This document shows, piece after piece, positions 48,075 through 58,410 of a DNA stretch of 64,000 bases (positions are counted from its first letter, which is position 1; every line of letters starts with the position of its first letter). The stretch is from Candidatus Binatia bacterium. GTDB lineage: Bacteria > Desulfobacterota > Binatia > HRBIN30. Location: positions 1 through 64,000 of the forward strand of contig JBBRSP010000009.1 of assembly GCA_038245295.1 (NCBI GenBank). Direction: 5' to 3'. The notes under the pieces were generated by a model. It made no database searches. It had not been told where the DNA came from and saw nothing but the letters and a program-made list of their open reading frames with translations. A program made the position numbers and the translations under genes.

Positions 48075-49691
48075 ATGCGCGGCCGGATGATGGACTATCC
48101 GTTGACGATTACGCATCTCTTGGACCGGGCGCGGCAGTACTACCCCGACAAGTGGATCGCCACTCGCACGGCTAGCGGGACGCACCGTTACACGTATGCC
48201 GAGCTCGGCAACCGCGCCTGTCGCCTGGCGAACGCGCTGCGTCGCCTGGGCATCAAGCCAGGCGACCGTGTCGGCACGTTCGCCTGGAATACCTATCGCC
48301 ACCTCGAGCTGTACCTGGCGGTGCCTAGCGCCGGCGCTGTGCTGCATACACTCAACATCCGACTGTTCCCCGAGCAAATCGAGTTCATCGTCAACCACGC
48401 CGAAGACCAGGTGATCTTCGTCGACGATGCGCTGGTGACGGCGCTCGAGCCGCTGGCGGCGAAGTTCCGCAGCGTGCGCGCCTTTGTAGTGATGGGTGAC
48501 GGCCCGTTGCCGGAAACCTCCCTCAAACCGGTGTACCGCTACGAAGATCTCCTCGCCGCCGAGTCGGACGAGTTCGCGTTTCCGAACCTGGACGAGAACA
48601 CGGCGGCCGCCATGTGTTACACCTCGGGCACAACGGGGAATCCCAAAGGTGTCGCGTATTCACACCGCGCCCTGTTCCTCCAGAGCCTGGCGCAATGCGC
48701 CACCGACGCCTTTGGTCTCGGCGAGGCCGATGTGGTGATGTCGGTTGTACCGATGTTCCACGCCAACGCGTGGGGCCTGCCATTTACGTCGACGATGGTC
48801 GGCGCGTCGCAGGTCTATCCGGGAGTACAGCCGACACCGAAGGACATTTGCGATCTCATCCAGACACATCGGGTGACGGTAACCGGCGGTGTACCAACGG
48901 TACTCATCGGTATGCTCGGCGTTCTGGAGCAGCAGAAGTACGACCTCTCGAGCTTGCGTTGCGTCCCATGCGGCGGCTCGGCCGTCCCTGAGAGCCTGCT
49001 GGAGAAGTTCGACGAGATCGGCATCGACGTCGTGCAAGCGTGGGGGATGACGGAGACCTCGCCGCTGGCGACGATTTCGAAGCCTCGTAGCACGATGCGT
49101 GACCACACCGTCGGCGAACGTCGAAGAGTGCGAGCACGTCAGGGTCGCGCCATGTCAGGAGTCGAGACCCGCATCGTCGGCGACGACGGCAAGCCGCTGC
49201 CGTGGGACGCCAAGAGTGTCGGTGAGTTGCAGGTTCGCGGCCCCTGGGTGGTTGGCGAATACTACAACGACGAGCGGTCAAAGGACGCGTTCGACGATGG
49301 CTGGTTCAAGACCGGGGACATCGCCAACATCTGCCCAGAGGGTTACGTACAAATCAGCGATCGCGCGAAGGATGTGATCAAGAGCGGCGGCGAGTGGATC
49401 TCGAGTGTCGAACTGGAAAACGCCATCATGGGGCATCCGGGAGTTCTTGAGGCCGCGGTGATCGGACTACCGCACGAACGCTGGCAGGAACGGCCCTTGG
49501 CTTGCGTGGTAACTAAACCCGGCCAGACGCTAACGAAGAAGGAAATTGTCGACTACCTGACGCCGCGGGTCGCCAAGTGGTGGCTCCCGGGTGATGTCGT
49601 CTTCATCGAGTCGGTGCCCAAAACAAGCGTCGGAAAGTTCGCCAAGCGCGAATTGCGCGATCGGTTCAAAGACTACCACTGGCCTGACTAA
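48075..49691 (+). CDS. Acyl-CoA synthetase (AlkK/DmdB-like)
   Basis: YTSGTTGNPKG, PMFHANAWG, WGMTETSP, TGD and KSGGEWISS motifs. Confidence 0.95.
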   Translation: MRGRMMDYPLTITHLLDRARQYYPDKWIATRTASGTHRYTYAELGNRACRLANALRRLGIKPGDRVGTFAWNTYRHLELYLAVPSAGAVLHTLNIRLFPEQIEFIVNHAEDQVIFVDDALVTALEPLAAKFRSVRAFVVMGDGPLPETSLKPVYRYEDLLAAESDEFAFPNLDENTAAAMCYTSGTTGNPKGVAYSHRALFLQSLAQCATDAFGLGEADVVMSVVPMFHANAWGLPFTSTMVGASQVYPGVQPTPKDICDLIQTHRVTVTGGVPTVLIGMLGVLEQQKYDLSSLRCVPCGGSAVPESLLEKFDEIGIDVVQAWGMTETSPLATISKPRSTMRDHTVGERRRVRARQGRAMSGVETRIVGDDGKPLPWDAKSVGELQVRGPWVVGEYYNDERSKDAFDDGWFKTGDIANICPEGYVQISDRAKDVIKSGGEWISSVELENAIMGHPGVLEAAVIGLPHERWQERPLACVVTKPGQTLTKKEIVDYLTPRVAKWWLPGDVVFIESVPKTSVGKFAKRELRDRFKDYHWPD

Positions 49692-49723
49692 CGCGGGCAG
49701 CAGTTGACAGAAGCGGGTAGCGA

Positions 49724-50545
49724 TTACGAAGCGACATCGCTGAGGGAGGCCGTGCTGCGCAGCGACAACGGGGGTACGCCATGCCCCGACTCGGTGGAGC
49801 GAACGGCGGACGGCGGCTTGAGGGGCAGTTCAAGCTCTACCGTCGTTCCCACTCCGCTGCAGCTCTCGATCCTGACCTGCCCACCGTGTGCTTCGACGAT
49901 CGCTTTGACAATAAACAAACCCAAGCCCGTGCCGGACGCGCTGCGACCGCTCGGCGGACGAACGAACTGGCGAAACAGTTGCGGCATATCCTTGGCGTCG
50001 ATGCCACAGCCGGTGTCGCTCACCGTAAGGACCACACGCTGCGCCTCAATGCGGCTGCGTAAGGTGACGACACCGCCAACCGGAGTGTACTTGATGGCAT
50101 TGTCCAACACGTTCGTCAGGGCTCGCTCGATATGAACCGGATCACACTCCAGGATCGGCAAGACAGTGCTGTGTTCGACGATAAACTGAACCTGCTTTAG
50201 GTCCGCCGCGGTACGTTCCAAGTCCACGGCATCGTCGACGATCCGGCGCAGATCGGTGGGCAAGGGTGTCAACTCGAGCTTGCCGGCGTTGAAGCGCGCC
50301 CCATCAAGAAGATTGTTGGCCAACTGGATGACGTGACGGACACTGGAATGGACGCGTCGCAGGAGATCCGCTTGATCGGTTGTCAGCGAACCGGCGTCGC
50401 CGGCAAGCAAGATTTCGGTGATCGTCTGGGCGCTGGCCAAGGGGCTTTTGATGTCGTGGGTGATGGACGAAAGGATCTCGGCCTCGCGATGATGTCTGGA
50501 GTGCGCCCGCAATTTCCAACCCGTCCGGGACGAATGTGAGCTCAT
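49724..50545 (-). CDS. Histidine kinase (HisKA + HATPase) with no sensor domain
   Basis: ITHDIKSPL, NVLDNAIKY, DTGCGI and GTGLGL motifs. Confidence 0.9.
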   Translation of the reverse strand: MSSHSSRTGWKLRAHSRHHREAEILSSITHDIKSPLASAQTITEILLAGDAGSLTTDQADLLRRVHSSVRHVIQLANNLLDGARFNAGKLELTPLPTDLRRIVDDAVDLERTAADLKQVQFIVEHSTVLPILECDPVHIERALTNVLDNAIKYTPVGGVVTLRSRIEAQRVVLTVSDTGCGIDAKDMPQLFRQFVRPPSGRSASGTGLGLFIVKAIVEAHGGQVRIESCSGVGTTVELELPLKPPSAVRSTESGHGVPPLSLRSTASLSDVAS

Positions 50546-50697
50546 GAGTGGGAAGACTGAGCACTCTCCGTACCAACGGCGGGGTGCATTTGAAGTCCAA
50601 CAGTCGCTTGTTCAACGGCTGTCCTGGATTGTAGAAAGCAACGCTGCGGAGTGTCATCCTTGACGGACACACACAATCTCACAGCTCACCTATTGGC

Positions 50698-51342
50698 GTG
50701 ATGAAACCCACACTGGACAGCCGTGCCCTCAAGTTGGAACGTCTCGAGCTGCGGCACGAACGCCAGGTGGCAATGCTCTTGGTCCGGGCATTCATCGACG
50801 ATCCGCTGGTGCGAGTGATTTGCCAGGGTGGCGCGTCGCACCGAGCCCGACAGATGGAGTGGAGCTTTCGTATGTCGGTCCGCAGCCATTGCCTGTCGCC
50901 CCAACCGGCATGGGTTCTAGTCGCGGCAAACGGGCTGCCGGCCGGCGTGATTCTCGTATCGCGGCCAAGCATGGCTTTGAACGGTCGTGCCGACGTCGCG
51001 TTCACGCTGCAAGCCTTGCTGCATCTGGACTGGCGAACCATACGACGCGGGTTGCAAGCCGGGGGTGAATTGCTCAAGCACGCTCCCCCCACCGCGTTCA
51101 CCTATATCCGCACACTGGGCGTCGATCCCGATCGGCAGCACCAAGGGGTAGGGACACAACTCTTACGTCACGCCGTGCACTCGTCACCGACGAACTGGCC
51201 GATCTATCTGGAAACCGCGAAAGAGAGCAACCTGACATTCTACCAACGCCAGGGCCTGCAATGCATCGGAGAGTTCAACTGCTTCGGCGTGAAGGTTTGG
51301 CGCTTGTTACGTCCGAGCGCGCGCAAGCTCACCCTCGAATGA
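50698..51342 (+). CDS. GNAT N-acetyltransferase
   Basis: AFIDDP, LGVDPDRQHQGVG and YLET...N..FY motifs. Confidence 0.88.
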   Translation: MMKPTLDSRALKLERLELRHERQVAMLLVRAFIDDPLVRVICQGGASHRARQMEWSFRMSVRSHCLSPQPAWVLVAANGLPAGVILVSRPSMALNGRADVAFTLQALLHLDWRTIRRGLQAGGELLKHAPPTAFTYIRTLGVDPDRQHQGVGTQLLRHAVHSSPTNWPIYLETAKESNLTFYQRQGLQCIGEFNCFGVKVWRLLRPSARKLTLE

Positions 51343-51430
51343 CCATTCCCAGCAATCGCACGTGCCGAGTCCTTGGCCGGTTGCTGCCGTCCAGGCTTTT
51401 GGCTACAGGCGTCCCCGCCCATGCTAGTGT

Positions 51431-51503
51431 GGGGCTGTAGCTCAGTTGGGAGAGCGCCTGAATGGCATTCAGGAGGTCGACGGTTCGATTCCGTTCAGCT
51501 CCA
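51431..51503 (+). tRNA. tRNA-Ala(GGC)
   Basis: GGGGCTGTAGCTCAGTTGGGAGAGCG-CCTGA-ATGGCAT-TCAGG...GGTTCGATTCC...CAGCTCCA; G3:U70 pair. Confidence 0.97.
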
Positions 51504-51544
51504 CTATTTACCCCCGAGGCGGGAACTCGGAGAGGAGAAGACCG

Positions 51545-51790
51545 ATGACCATCGTGCAGCGCCTGTTCCCGATGATCGCCCTGATGCTCCTCATGGTCAG
51601 TGTGCCCGCCTGCTCGTCGCGCCAACAACATGCCCCGGCGATCTATGAACCCGCCGGCTCGATCGAACGACCGGCTAAGGATCTATCGGAAGAGAAGTCT
51701 ACGACCGATCGCGCCGAAGAGATCGCCACGGTCATCTTGGTCCTCAGCATCACGATCGGCCTCATTCTACTGCCAATCCTGCTCCTCTAG
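51545..51790 (+). CDS. Small lipoprotein with a C-terminal TM helix
   Basis: RBS GGAG, lipobox VPAC, hydrophobic C-terminus. Confidence 0.65.
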   Translation: MTIVQRLFPMIALMLLMVSVPACSSRQQHAPAIYEPAGSIERPAKDLSEEKSTTDRAEEIATVILVLSITIGLILLPILLL

Positions 51791-51996
51791 CGTTCCATTT
51801 CAAAACAGCGCTCCGCGTCCGCAAAATCATCCCTCCGCGGCGGCGCTGCCGCGGGGCAACCCTGCCTCGTTCAGGGAATGTCCAAAAAACACCGATCGCC
51901 GATTCTTCGCCGCTGATTGGGTAGTGCGTGGGTCATTCAACACGCCCTTGATACACCTCACCGAAGTGTTGCTGAGGAATCCGCCATGTCAGGGCT

Positions 51997-52012
51997 CTGG
52001 TATGCGTCTTGC
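51997..52012 (+). promoter_or_regulatory. Putative sigma-54 (-24/-12) promoter
   Basis: CTGGTATGCGTCTTGC = GG-N10-GC, ~125 bp upstream of the giant coiled-coil gene. Confidence 0.7.
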
Positions 52013-52138
52013 GCATAAGTTCCGACGGAGTGGACCTACCTGCGGTGCAGGCTGAAATAGAATTGTGTTAACACGAGAGCCGCAAAACCCGCAGCTCCAT
52101 GCTGTGGACCCGTGCCGAAGTCGGAAAGGCTAAGGCAG

Positions 52139-55100
52139 ATGGAACCCGCTCGCGTGGCAAAAGATACCCCCGGCACCGCCCCCCGCGCTCACATGGCTGG
52201 CCTAGGCAATGGGTTTGTCTCGCTCTTGGCGCGTCGCCTCCCACGCCAACAGTTCGCCGTCGAAGCCGCGCGCCTGATCTCGCAGGCAATGCACGCTACG
52301 GCCATTGCCATTCTAAGCTACGATTTACGCAAGGACCGACTGAGCCTGCTGGCCAGCGAGGGCCTGGCAGAGGATGCTCGTGCCGCGCTTGGCGCCGGTG
52401 GCGATTGCCCATGGGATATCCCCATGCGCGGCTTACGCAATCGTCGCATCAGCGTCATTGTCGGGGCCCAACAGAACCCATTCGTACCGCGCGCTTTGGC
52501 GGCCCTGGGGCCGCGCGGCCTTTCGATCGCGTCGTTGCCCATTTATGCCGACCATGAACCGATCGGCGTACTCCTGGTATTCGCCGCCGGGAACCGATCC
52601 TTCGGCGACTCGCAGCTTCATACCTTGAGCCAAGGCCTGCGTGTCTGCGCTCCCGGCCTTCGTGATGCCGAGGCCGCCCAAGCACGCCGCGGCAACACCG
52701 CCTCACCCGACAACGTCGAAGCGACGATCGCCAAACTGATCGCCGCCGGGGCCATCATCGACCAAGGAGCAACCGGCGCTCAGGACAACGCCACATTCGT
52801 CGAGCCGCGCGTCCTCAGCTCGACAGATGACATCGCTCCGGCGGGAGTTGTGGCGGAGCTCAACGGTCGTGTTCAATCCCTTGAGCGCGAACAGGCGGCG
52901 GCGCGCGAAGAGCTCGAACAAAGCGCGCGACGGATCCGCAGCCTCACGATGCAGAACCACGCGCTCGGACGCGAGCGCGACGGTTTGCTGCAAAAACTCG
53001 CGGATCTTGAAGGCGGCGAATCAACAAACACCACCCAGCTCGAAGCCGAGATCGGAGCACTGCAAGAACGCCTTCTCGCCGTCGAATCCGAGCGATCGCG
53101 GATCCACCGCCTCTCCGAAGGGCGCGCCCGTGCCGCCCAACAATCGTCGGAAGCTCTCGAAGCCGAGCGCGCGGCAATGCACGAGCAATTGCAAAATGCC
53201 GACGCGACCGTCGCCGAACAGCAAACACTACTGTCGGCGGTGTTCGATGAACGCGACCGGCTGCAAGCACAGATTGACTCGCTCAGTGGTGAGTTGCGCT
53301 CGACCCAGGAAACGCTTCAGCGGGCACAGAGCGCCTCAACCCAGGAGCGCCTCGCTCTGGAAGCAGACCGCGAAGGCTGGCGCGAAGAGACCACGACGGT
53401 GCGCGCCCAACTGGTACAGCGCTCCGAGCAACTCGCGACCATCGAACGCGAGCTGCGGAGCCTCACCGTGGCGCACGACGGCGCCTGCGCGCAACTCACC
53501 GCGGCGCGTGCCGAGATCGAACAGCTTGCCCAGAACGTCGAGGAGCTCAACCACAGCAATCTGCAGGGCGAAACGGCTCGCGCCTCGGTGGCCGCCGAAA
53601 ACTCCACGCTTCGCAAGTCTCTCGACGGTGAGCGCGCGGCGCGATCTCAAGCCGAGTCGACGCTACGCACCGACCTCGCCACGACGCGTGCAGAGCTGGA
53701 GCAACTTTCCTCGACGACCAGCAGCCTGCGTGGCGAACTCGCAGAACGTGTTCGCGCCCTCCTGGAACGCGACGAGCAAGTAACCGAGCTGCGACGAGCC
53801 GAAGAGGCGGCACGCAACGCGGCACTGGCCTGGCGCGAAACCGAGACCAGCCTGCGCAACGAGATTTCCGGGCTGGCGGCGCGCCTTGAGCAGGGATTGG
53901 CGGAAAAGTCGCAGATCAGCGGCGAACGCGACCAATTGCGCACGGCAGTCGCGGACCTGCGGCAACGCCTCAGCCAGGCCGAAGTCGGTCACGCTTCGGC
54001 CGCCGCCCAGCTCCAAGCCGAGGCAGCCGAGCTCAAGCGCCAGACGGAATTGCTCAACAGCCAACGCGCCGAGCTACTGCAGCGGTTGGACCACACCGGC
54101 GGCCAAGGCCGCGATCTATCACGCCGGGTCGTCGAGACCGAACACCGGCTTGCCAATACAGAATCAACCCTGCGCGAGCGTGAAGCGCTGCTGGCAGAAG
54201 AGCGACGCCAACACGAAACGGTCGCCGCCGAGTTGGCGAGCTTACGCGGCCAGTTCCAGGCAAGCGATGAGACCGCCCGTCGGCTAACCCAGCGTCTCGA
54301 CCAGGAGCGCGCGGTCTTCGAGCTGCAGCGCAAGTCTCTGGAAGAACAGGGGCAGTCGCTGCGCAGCGAATTGGCTCGCAGCAGCGAGGCTGTTCTCAAC
54401 CTCGAGCGCGAAACACGCACATTATCCGTGTCGCGAAATGCCGCGACGTCGGAATTGGAGACACTGCAGGCGGACCACGGACGCTTGGTCAATCTGGTTG
54501 AAGAACTGCGCCGCAATCTGGCCCAGGTCGAAGCGGAACACGACGCTGTCGGGACCAGTGCCGCGACGTTGCGCCAGTCGTTGGAAACCGAACGCACCTC
54601 GTGGGTCGACACGGAGCGCGCCTTGCGCAGCGAGCTCACCGTCGTACGAAGCGAGATCGAGCGCCTGGGCGCATCGAGCCTGGCCTTGCGCGGTGAAATC
54701 GACGACCGCACACGTCAAGTCGCCGATCGCGAGCAGCAAATCATCTTTCTCACCCGCGAGCTCGAGACCTTGCGCGACGAAGGTGCCGATCGCGGCGTGT
54801 TGGCACAACAGGCGACACAGCTTGGGCGCCAGGTGGTCGAGCTGGAGCGGCAGATCGCGGCGATTCGCGGCGAGGCGACGCGCGCCGCGCGCCAGGCAGC
54901 GGCGGCCAACCAGGAGCTCGAAACGGCACGCCAACTCTATTCCGACCTGGCGAACACACTCAGCGCCGAACGTGCCGACACCCAGGAGACGCGCCAACGC
55001 GCCGTCGAAGATCGGCGCCAGATCGAGGCCGAAGCAGCGGCGTTGCGCAGCGATGTGGGAGCGTTGCGGGCGGCCCAGTCGGAACTGCAAGCGGCCGTCG

Positions 55101-58100
55101 CAAGCGCCCAAGAAGAGCGCACCCGCGCCGCCGAGAATGAATTCCAAGCGGCGCGCATGCTCGAAGATCTGAGCATTGAGCTCCAGCATGCGTTGGACAA
55201 TCGCCACGAGCAGGCCCAACTCGGCGCCGATGCACAAGCGGAAGAACTGCGTCGACGCGAGCAGGAGTTGTCGAGCACCCGAAGTCAGCTCAACGAGATC
55301 AACGCGGCGTACGCCGAGGCAACCGAGAAGTTGGCCAAACTGGAAGGTGTCGCCAGCCGCCACGCCGCCGCCGCCGATGAAGCGCAGCGCCGCGCCGCGG
55401 CGCTCGCGGAGCAACGTGCTTCGCTGCAAGCGGCGTTGGCCTCCGCCGAGCGCCAACGTTCAGACCGTGAAGCAGACCTGACGCGCCTCCACCTCGAGCT
55501 AGATGCGCTGCGCCAGCAAGCCGCGAACAAAGGCGTTCTGGCCGAACAAGCCAATCAGCTCGGCAGTCACGTCGTCGAACTAGAGCAGGCCCTGGCCTCG
55601 GCGCGCGGCGAAGCCTCCGAAGCCAGCCGCCGCTGCGCAACCTTGGGCGAAGAACTCGATTCGATACGCGGCAAGATGGGCGAAACCGAAGGCACCGCGA
55701 CACGCCAGCTCGGCGAGTTGCGCGAAGCCGTCGAGCGACTCAGCCAAGAACGTGCCGCATTGGAAAGCGAAACGATCAACAAGCGCGCCGAACTCGACGC
55801 GCAGCGTACGAGTCTCGAAGACCTGCAGCGCACCGTCGAAGACTTGCACCGCGATCAATCGCAATCGATTGCCCGCGGCCAGAACCTCGCCGAACAATTG
55901 GCCGAAGCACATCATCGCCTCGAGGAACTCAGCGCCCGCTTACATGAGCGCGAGGCCGCTGCCGACAGCGCTGCCACCGAGCGCGGCCGTCTCAGCTCCC
56001 AGGTTGCCAAGCTATCCAGCCAGCTTCGTTCGACACAGGAGGCCCTGGAATCCAAAGAAGGCCGCCTGGTACTCGATCGTTCCGCCCTGGAGACCGAGCG
56101 TGACCGGTGGCGTGATCAAGCCGAGGCCATCCGCGGCGAGTTCGATTCGATTCTGACGTCGGCCGACGCTGCGACGCGCGACGCCGCCGAGTTGGCGGCC
56201 GCGCGCTCCAACATGGAAGCCGAGATTGGTTCCCTGCGGCGCACTCTCGACACCGAACGGCAGACGCGAGCCGAGTTGGAAGCCAGCCTCCGCAGTGAGC
56301 GTGAACAGTTGGCTTCGGAAGTGCGCGGCACAAGCGAATTGCTGCAGCAACGCGAGGCGGCCCTGGTACAGATGCAGGCGGAGTTTGAATCACTGAGCGA
56401 CGCCCAAGTGCGTATTCAGGCCGCCGAAGCGGAAGCACGTACCGAGCTGGCGCGCCTGACGAGCTCTCTCCAAGAATCACAAAACGATATTGAACGATTG
56501 CGGCAAGAGCGACAGGGAATCGAGTCGGTGCTCGCCGAATCGCAAACGCAACGGAACGAAGCGGCCGAAGGCGCCGCCGCCGAGCTGCATGCAGCACGGG
56601 CGCAGCTGCGCGCCCTCGAGCGTGAGCGCGCCACGCTGCAATCGGCGTTGACCGAACATCAACAGCGGACCCGAGACCTGGCATCGATGCATGCCAGTTC
56701 ACTGTCGGGCTTTGAAGAGACAAGTGGCGAACTGCGGCGCCAGGTTGCTTCACTCACGGCGTTGCGTGACCAGTTGATGGATCGCACCGAGCGTGTTGGC
56801 GAAGAGCTGCAGCAACGCGACCGTATCGCCGAAGAGGAGCGACAGTCGTCTATCGCTCTCGCCGAACGTTGCGCACAGCTCGAGCAGGGCATGACCGGCG
56901 CTGAGGCACGGCGCCGTAGCCTCGAGGCCGAGTTGGTCCAAGTGCGCACCGAGAGCGAAAGGCTCCGCGCCCAGTTCAGTGAAAGTAGCCAATCCGAAGA
57001 GCATTCGAGCGAGTTGGCAAAGCAGCTCAGCGCCCTGGAACAGCAGTTGGCAGCAACACGTGGCGAGCTGACGCGTGCCGACCATCAGCGCGCCGCGCTT
57101 GCCGACGAGCTCGCTTCGGCCCATGCGCTACGCGCCGACCTGGTCCAAGCCGCCGAGAGCGAGCAATCACGGCTGCGCGAGAAGCTGCAACAGCTGGCTG
57201 ACGAACGAAAGCGCGTCGAAGCCCTCCAAGCCCAGCAACAAACCGATCTCGAAGCGCAGCGCGCGCAGGCAGCCGACCTGCGCGGCAGCCTCGAGCAGCA
57301 GCGCGAGGAGCGCCTGCATCTCGAACAAGAACGCGATGAACTGGCGGCTCAGATCGACGAGATCCGTGGCCGCGCTGCGGATATTCAAAAGTCGCTTCGC
57401 GAACGTGACGAAGCTCTCGCCGCGGCACGCAGCGAACGTGAAAAACTGGAAGCGCAGCTACGCACTCAGGCCAAGGCCGACGACAGCGAGAACGGCCGCG
57501 CTCCGCTGGCGGCAACCGACGGCAACGCCCATGATGCGGTTCTCGTCATCGAACGCTCGAACGCCAACGACGAGGCCAACGGCGCGGCTGAAGCCGCAGA
57601 ATCGGCCGACAACGAGGCCGGCGAGATTTCCGTCACTGTCGACGCCGTCCGCGAACTGATCCTCATGGACAACGGCAGACGCGGCGAGGAAGCCGCGACA
57701 GTGCTGCGTGGCGCCGGTTTCGAGGTGGCACTTTCCCCGCCTGGGGAACACGCCGCCAAGGATCTAAACGGGCGAAACGTTGGCTGCGTCATGATCAATC
57801 TGGCCGCCGGGCCAGCCGGATGGCATGCCCTGAAGTCGTTACGCGAGGCGCCGGCCTCGTGGGACGTACCGATCCTGGCCTATTTGATGCCACCCGAAGG
57901 ACAGAAGGGCGGCTTCTGTTTCGGCCGCGCCGACTTCGGATTCTGGCCCATGGAGCCGAGCCGATTGATCACCCGCATCAACGCGCTGCGACCGAAATGT
58001 CGGCGCCTCCTGGCCGTGAGTCATGATGTCGACTCGATGGGAAAACTGCGAGAGCCGCTGGCGAAGGTGAACATGTCGACGTCGATCGTGCTCGACGGCA

Positions 58101-58360
58101 AACAGGCCGTGGAGTTTACGTCGATCGTTTCGCCCGAGGCGGCCATCTTCCACTTGTCGCCCAGTACCAACGCCATCGCCCGTGCGGTCGCGTCGATCCG
58201 CGCCCAAGAGTCCACTGCCGACCTGCCGATGCTCTTGCTCCTCGACAAGAATCCACCCCGAGAAGACGTCTTCTTCGCCTCGACGGTTCGCGAACTGTTG
58301 ATGAAGGGGACGTTCCAGTTGACCAACCTACCCGCTGAAATCGCCCGCGTAATCTCCTGA
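52139..58360 (+). CDS. Giant GAF / coiled-coil / tandem pseudo-receiver protein (~2070 aa)
   Basis: N-terminal GAF-like region (ASLPI...PIGVLLV), ~1550 aa of heptad-rich sequence, two C-terminal REC-like folds; start uncertain. Confidence 0.88.
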   Translation: MEPARVAKDTPGTAPRAHMAGLGNGFVSLLARRLPRQQFAVEAARLISQAMHATAIAILSYDLRKDRLSLLASEGLAEDARAALGAGGDCPWDIPMRGLRNRRISVIVGAQQNPFVPRALAALGPRGLSIASLPIYADHEPIGVLLVFAAGNRSFGDSQLHTLSQGLRVCAPGLRDAEAAQARRGNTASPDNVEATIAKLIAAGAIIDQGATGAQDNATFVEPRVLSSTDDIAPAGVVAELNGRVQSLEREQAAAREELEQSARRIRSLTMQNHALGRERDGLLQKLADLEGGESTNTTQLEAEIGALQERLLAVESERSRIHRLSEGRARAAQQSSEALEAERAAMHEQLQNADATVAEQQTLLSAVFDERDRLQAQIDSLSGELRSTQETLQRAQSASTQERLALEADREGWREETTTVRAQLVQRSEQLATIERELRSLTVAHDGACAQLTAARAEIEQLAQNVEELNHSNLQGETARASVAAENSTLRKSLDGERAARSQAESTLRTDLATTRAELEQLSSTTSSLRGELAERVRALLERDEQVTELRRAEEAARNAALAWRETETSLRNEISGLAARLEQGLAEKSQISGERDQLRTAVADLRQRLSQAEVGHASAAAQLQAEAAELKRQTELLNSQRAELLQRLDHTGGQGRDLSRRVVETEHRLANTESTLREREALLAEERRQHETVAAELASLRGQFQASDETARRLTQRLDQERAVFELQRKSLEEQGQSLRSELARSSEAVLNLERETRTLSVSRNAATSELETLQADHGRLVNLVEELRRNLAQVEAEHDAVGTSAATLRQSLETERTSWVDTERALRSELTVVRSEIERLGASSLALRGEIDDRTRQVADREQQIIFLTRELETLRDEGADRGVLAQQATQLGRQVVELERQIAAIRGEATRAARQAAAANQELETARQLYSDLANTLSAERADTQETRQRAVEDRRQIEAEAAALRSDVGALRAAQSELQAAVASAQEERTRAAENEFQAARMLEDLSIELQHALDNRHEQAQLGADAQAEELRRREQELSSTRSQLNEINAAYAEATEKLAKLEGVASRHAAAADEAQRRAAALAEQRASLQAALASAERQRSDREADLTRLHLELDALRQQAANKGVLAEQANQLGSHVVELEQALASARGEASEASRRCATLGEELDSIRGKMGETEGTATRQLGELREAVERLSQERAALESETINKRAELDAQRTSLEDLQRTVEDLHRDQSQSIARGQNLAEQLAEAHHRLEELSARLHEREAAADSAATERGRLSSQVAKLSSQLRSTQEALESKEGRLVLDRSALETERDRWRDQAEAIRGEFDSILTSADAATRDAAELAAARSNMEAEIGSLRRTLDTERQTRAELEASLRSEREQLASEVRGTSELLQQREAALVQMQAEFESLSDAQVRIQAAEAEARTELARLTSSLQESQNDIERLRQERQGIESVLAESQTQRNEAAEGAAAELHAARAQLRALERERATLQSALTEHQQRTRDLASMHASSLSGFEETSGELRRQVASLTALRDQLMDRTERVGEELQQRDRIAEEERQSSIALAERCAQLEQGMTGAEARRRSLEAELVQVRTESERLRAQFSESSQSEEHSSELAKQLSALEQQLAATRGELTRADHQRAALADELASAHALRADLVQAAESEQSRLREKLQQLADERKRVEALQAQQQTDLEAQRAQAADLRGSLEQQREERLHLEQERDELAAQIDEIRGRAADIQKSLRERDEALAAARSEREKLEAQLRTQAKADDSENGRAPLAATDGNAHDAVLVIERSNANDEANGAAEAAESADNEAGEISVTVDAVRELILMDNGRRGEEAATVLRGAGFEVALSPPGEHAAKDLNGRNVGCVMINLAAGPAGWHALKSLREAPASWDVPILAYLMPPEGQKGGFCFGRADFGFWPMEPSRLITRINALRPKCRRLLAVSHDVDSMGKLREPLAKVNMSTSIVLDGKQAVEFTSIVSPEAAIFHLSPSTNAIARAVASIRAQESTADLPMLLLLDKNPPREDVFFASTVRELLMKGTFQLTNLPAEIARVIS

Positions 58361-58410
58361 GTCGTCAAGGCGCTGCGGCGACGATCGCGCCACGCTACGA
58401 AAGGACAACC

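Noticed and set aside
51431..51503. tRNA-Ala (and tRNA-Thr) as island integration sites
   Set aside because: No adjacent integrase and no duplicated tRNA 3' end noticed in the window
52139..58360. SMC protein or phage tape-measure call for the giant coiled coil
   Set aside because: No Walker A/B motifs or hinge, and no phage genes nearby
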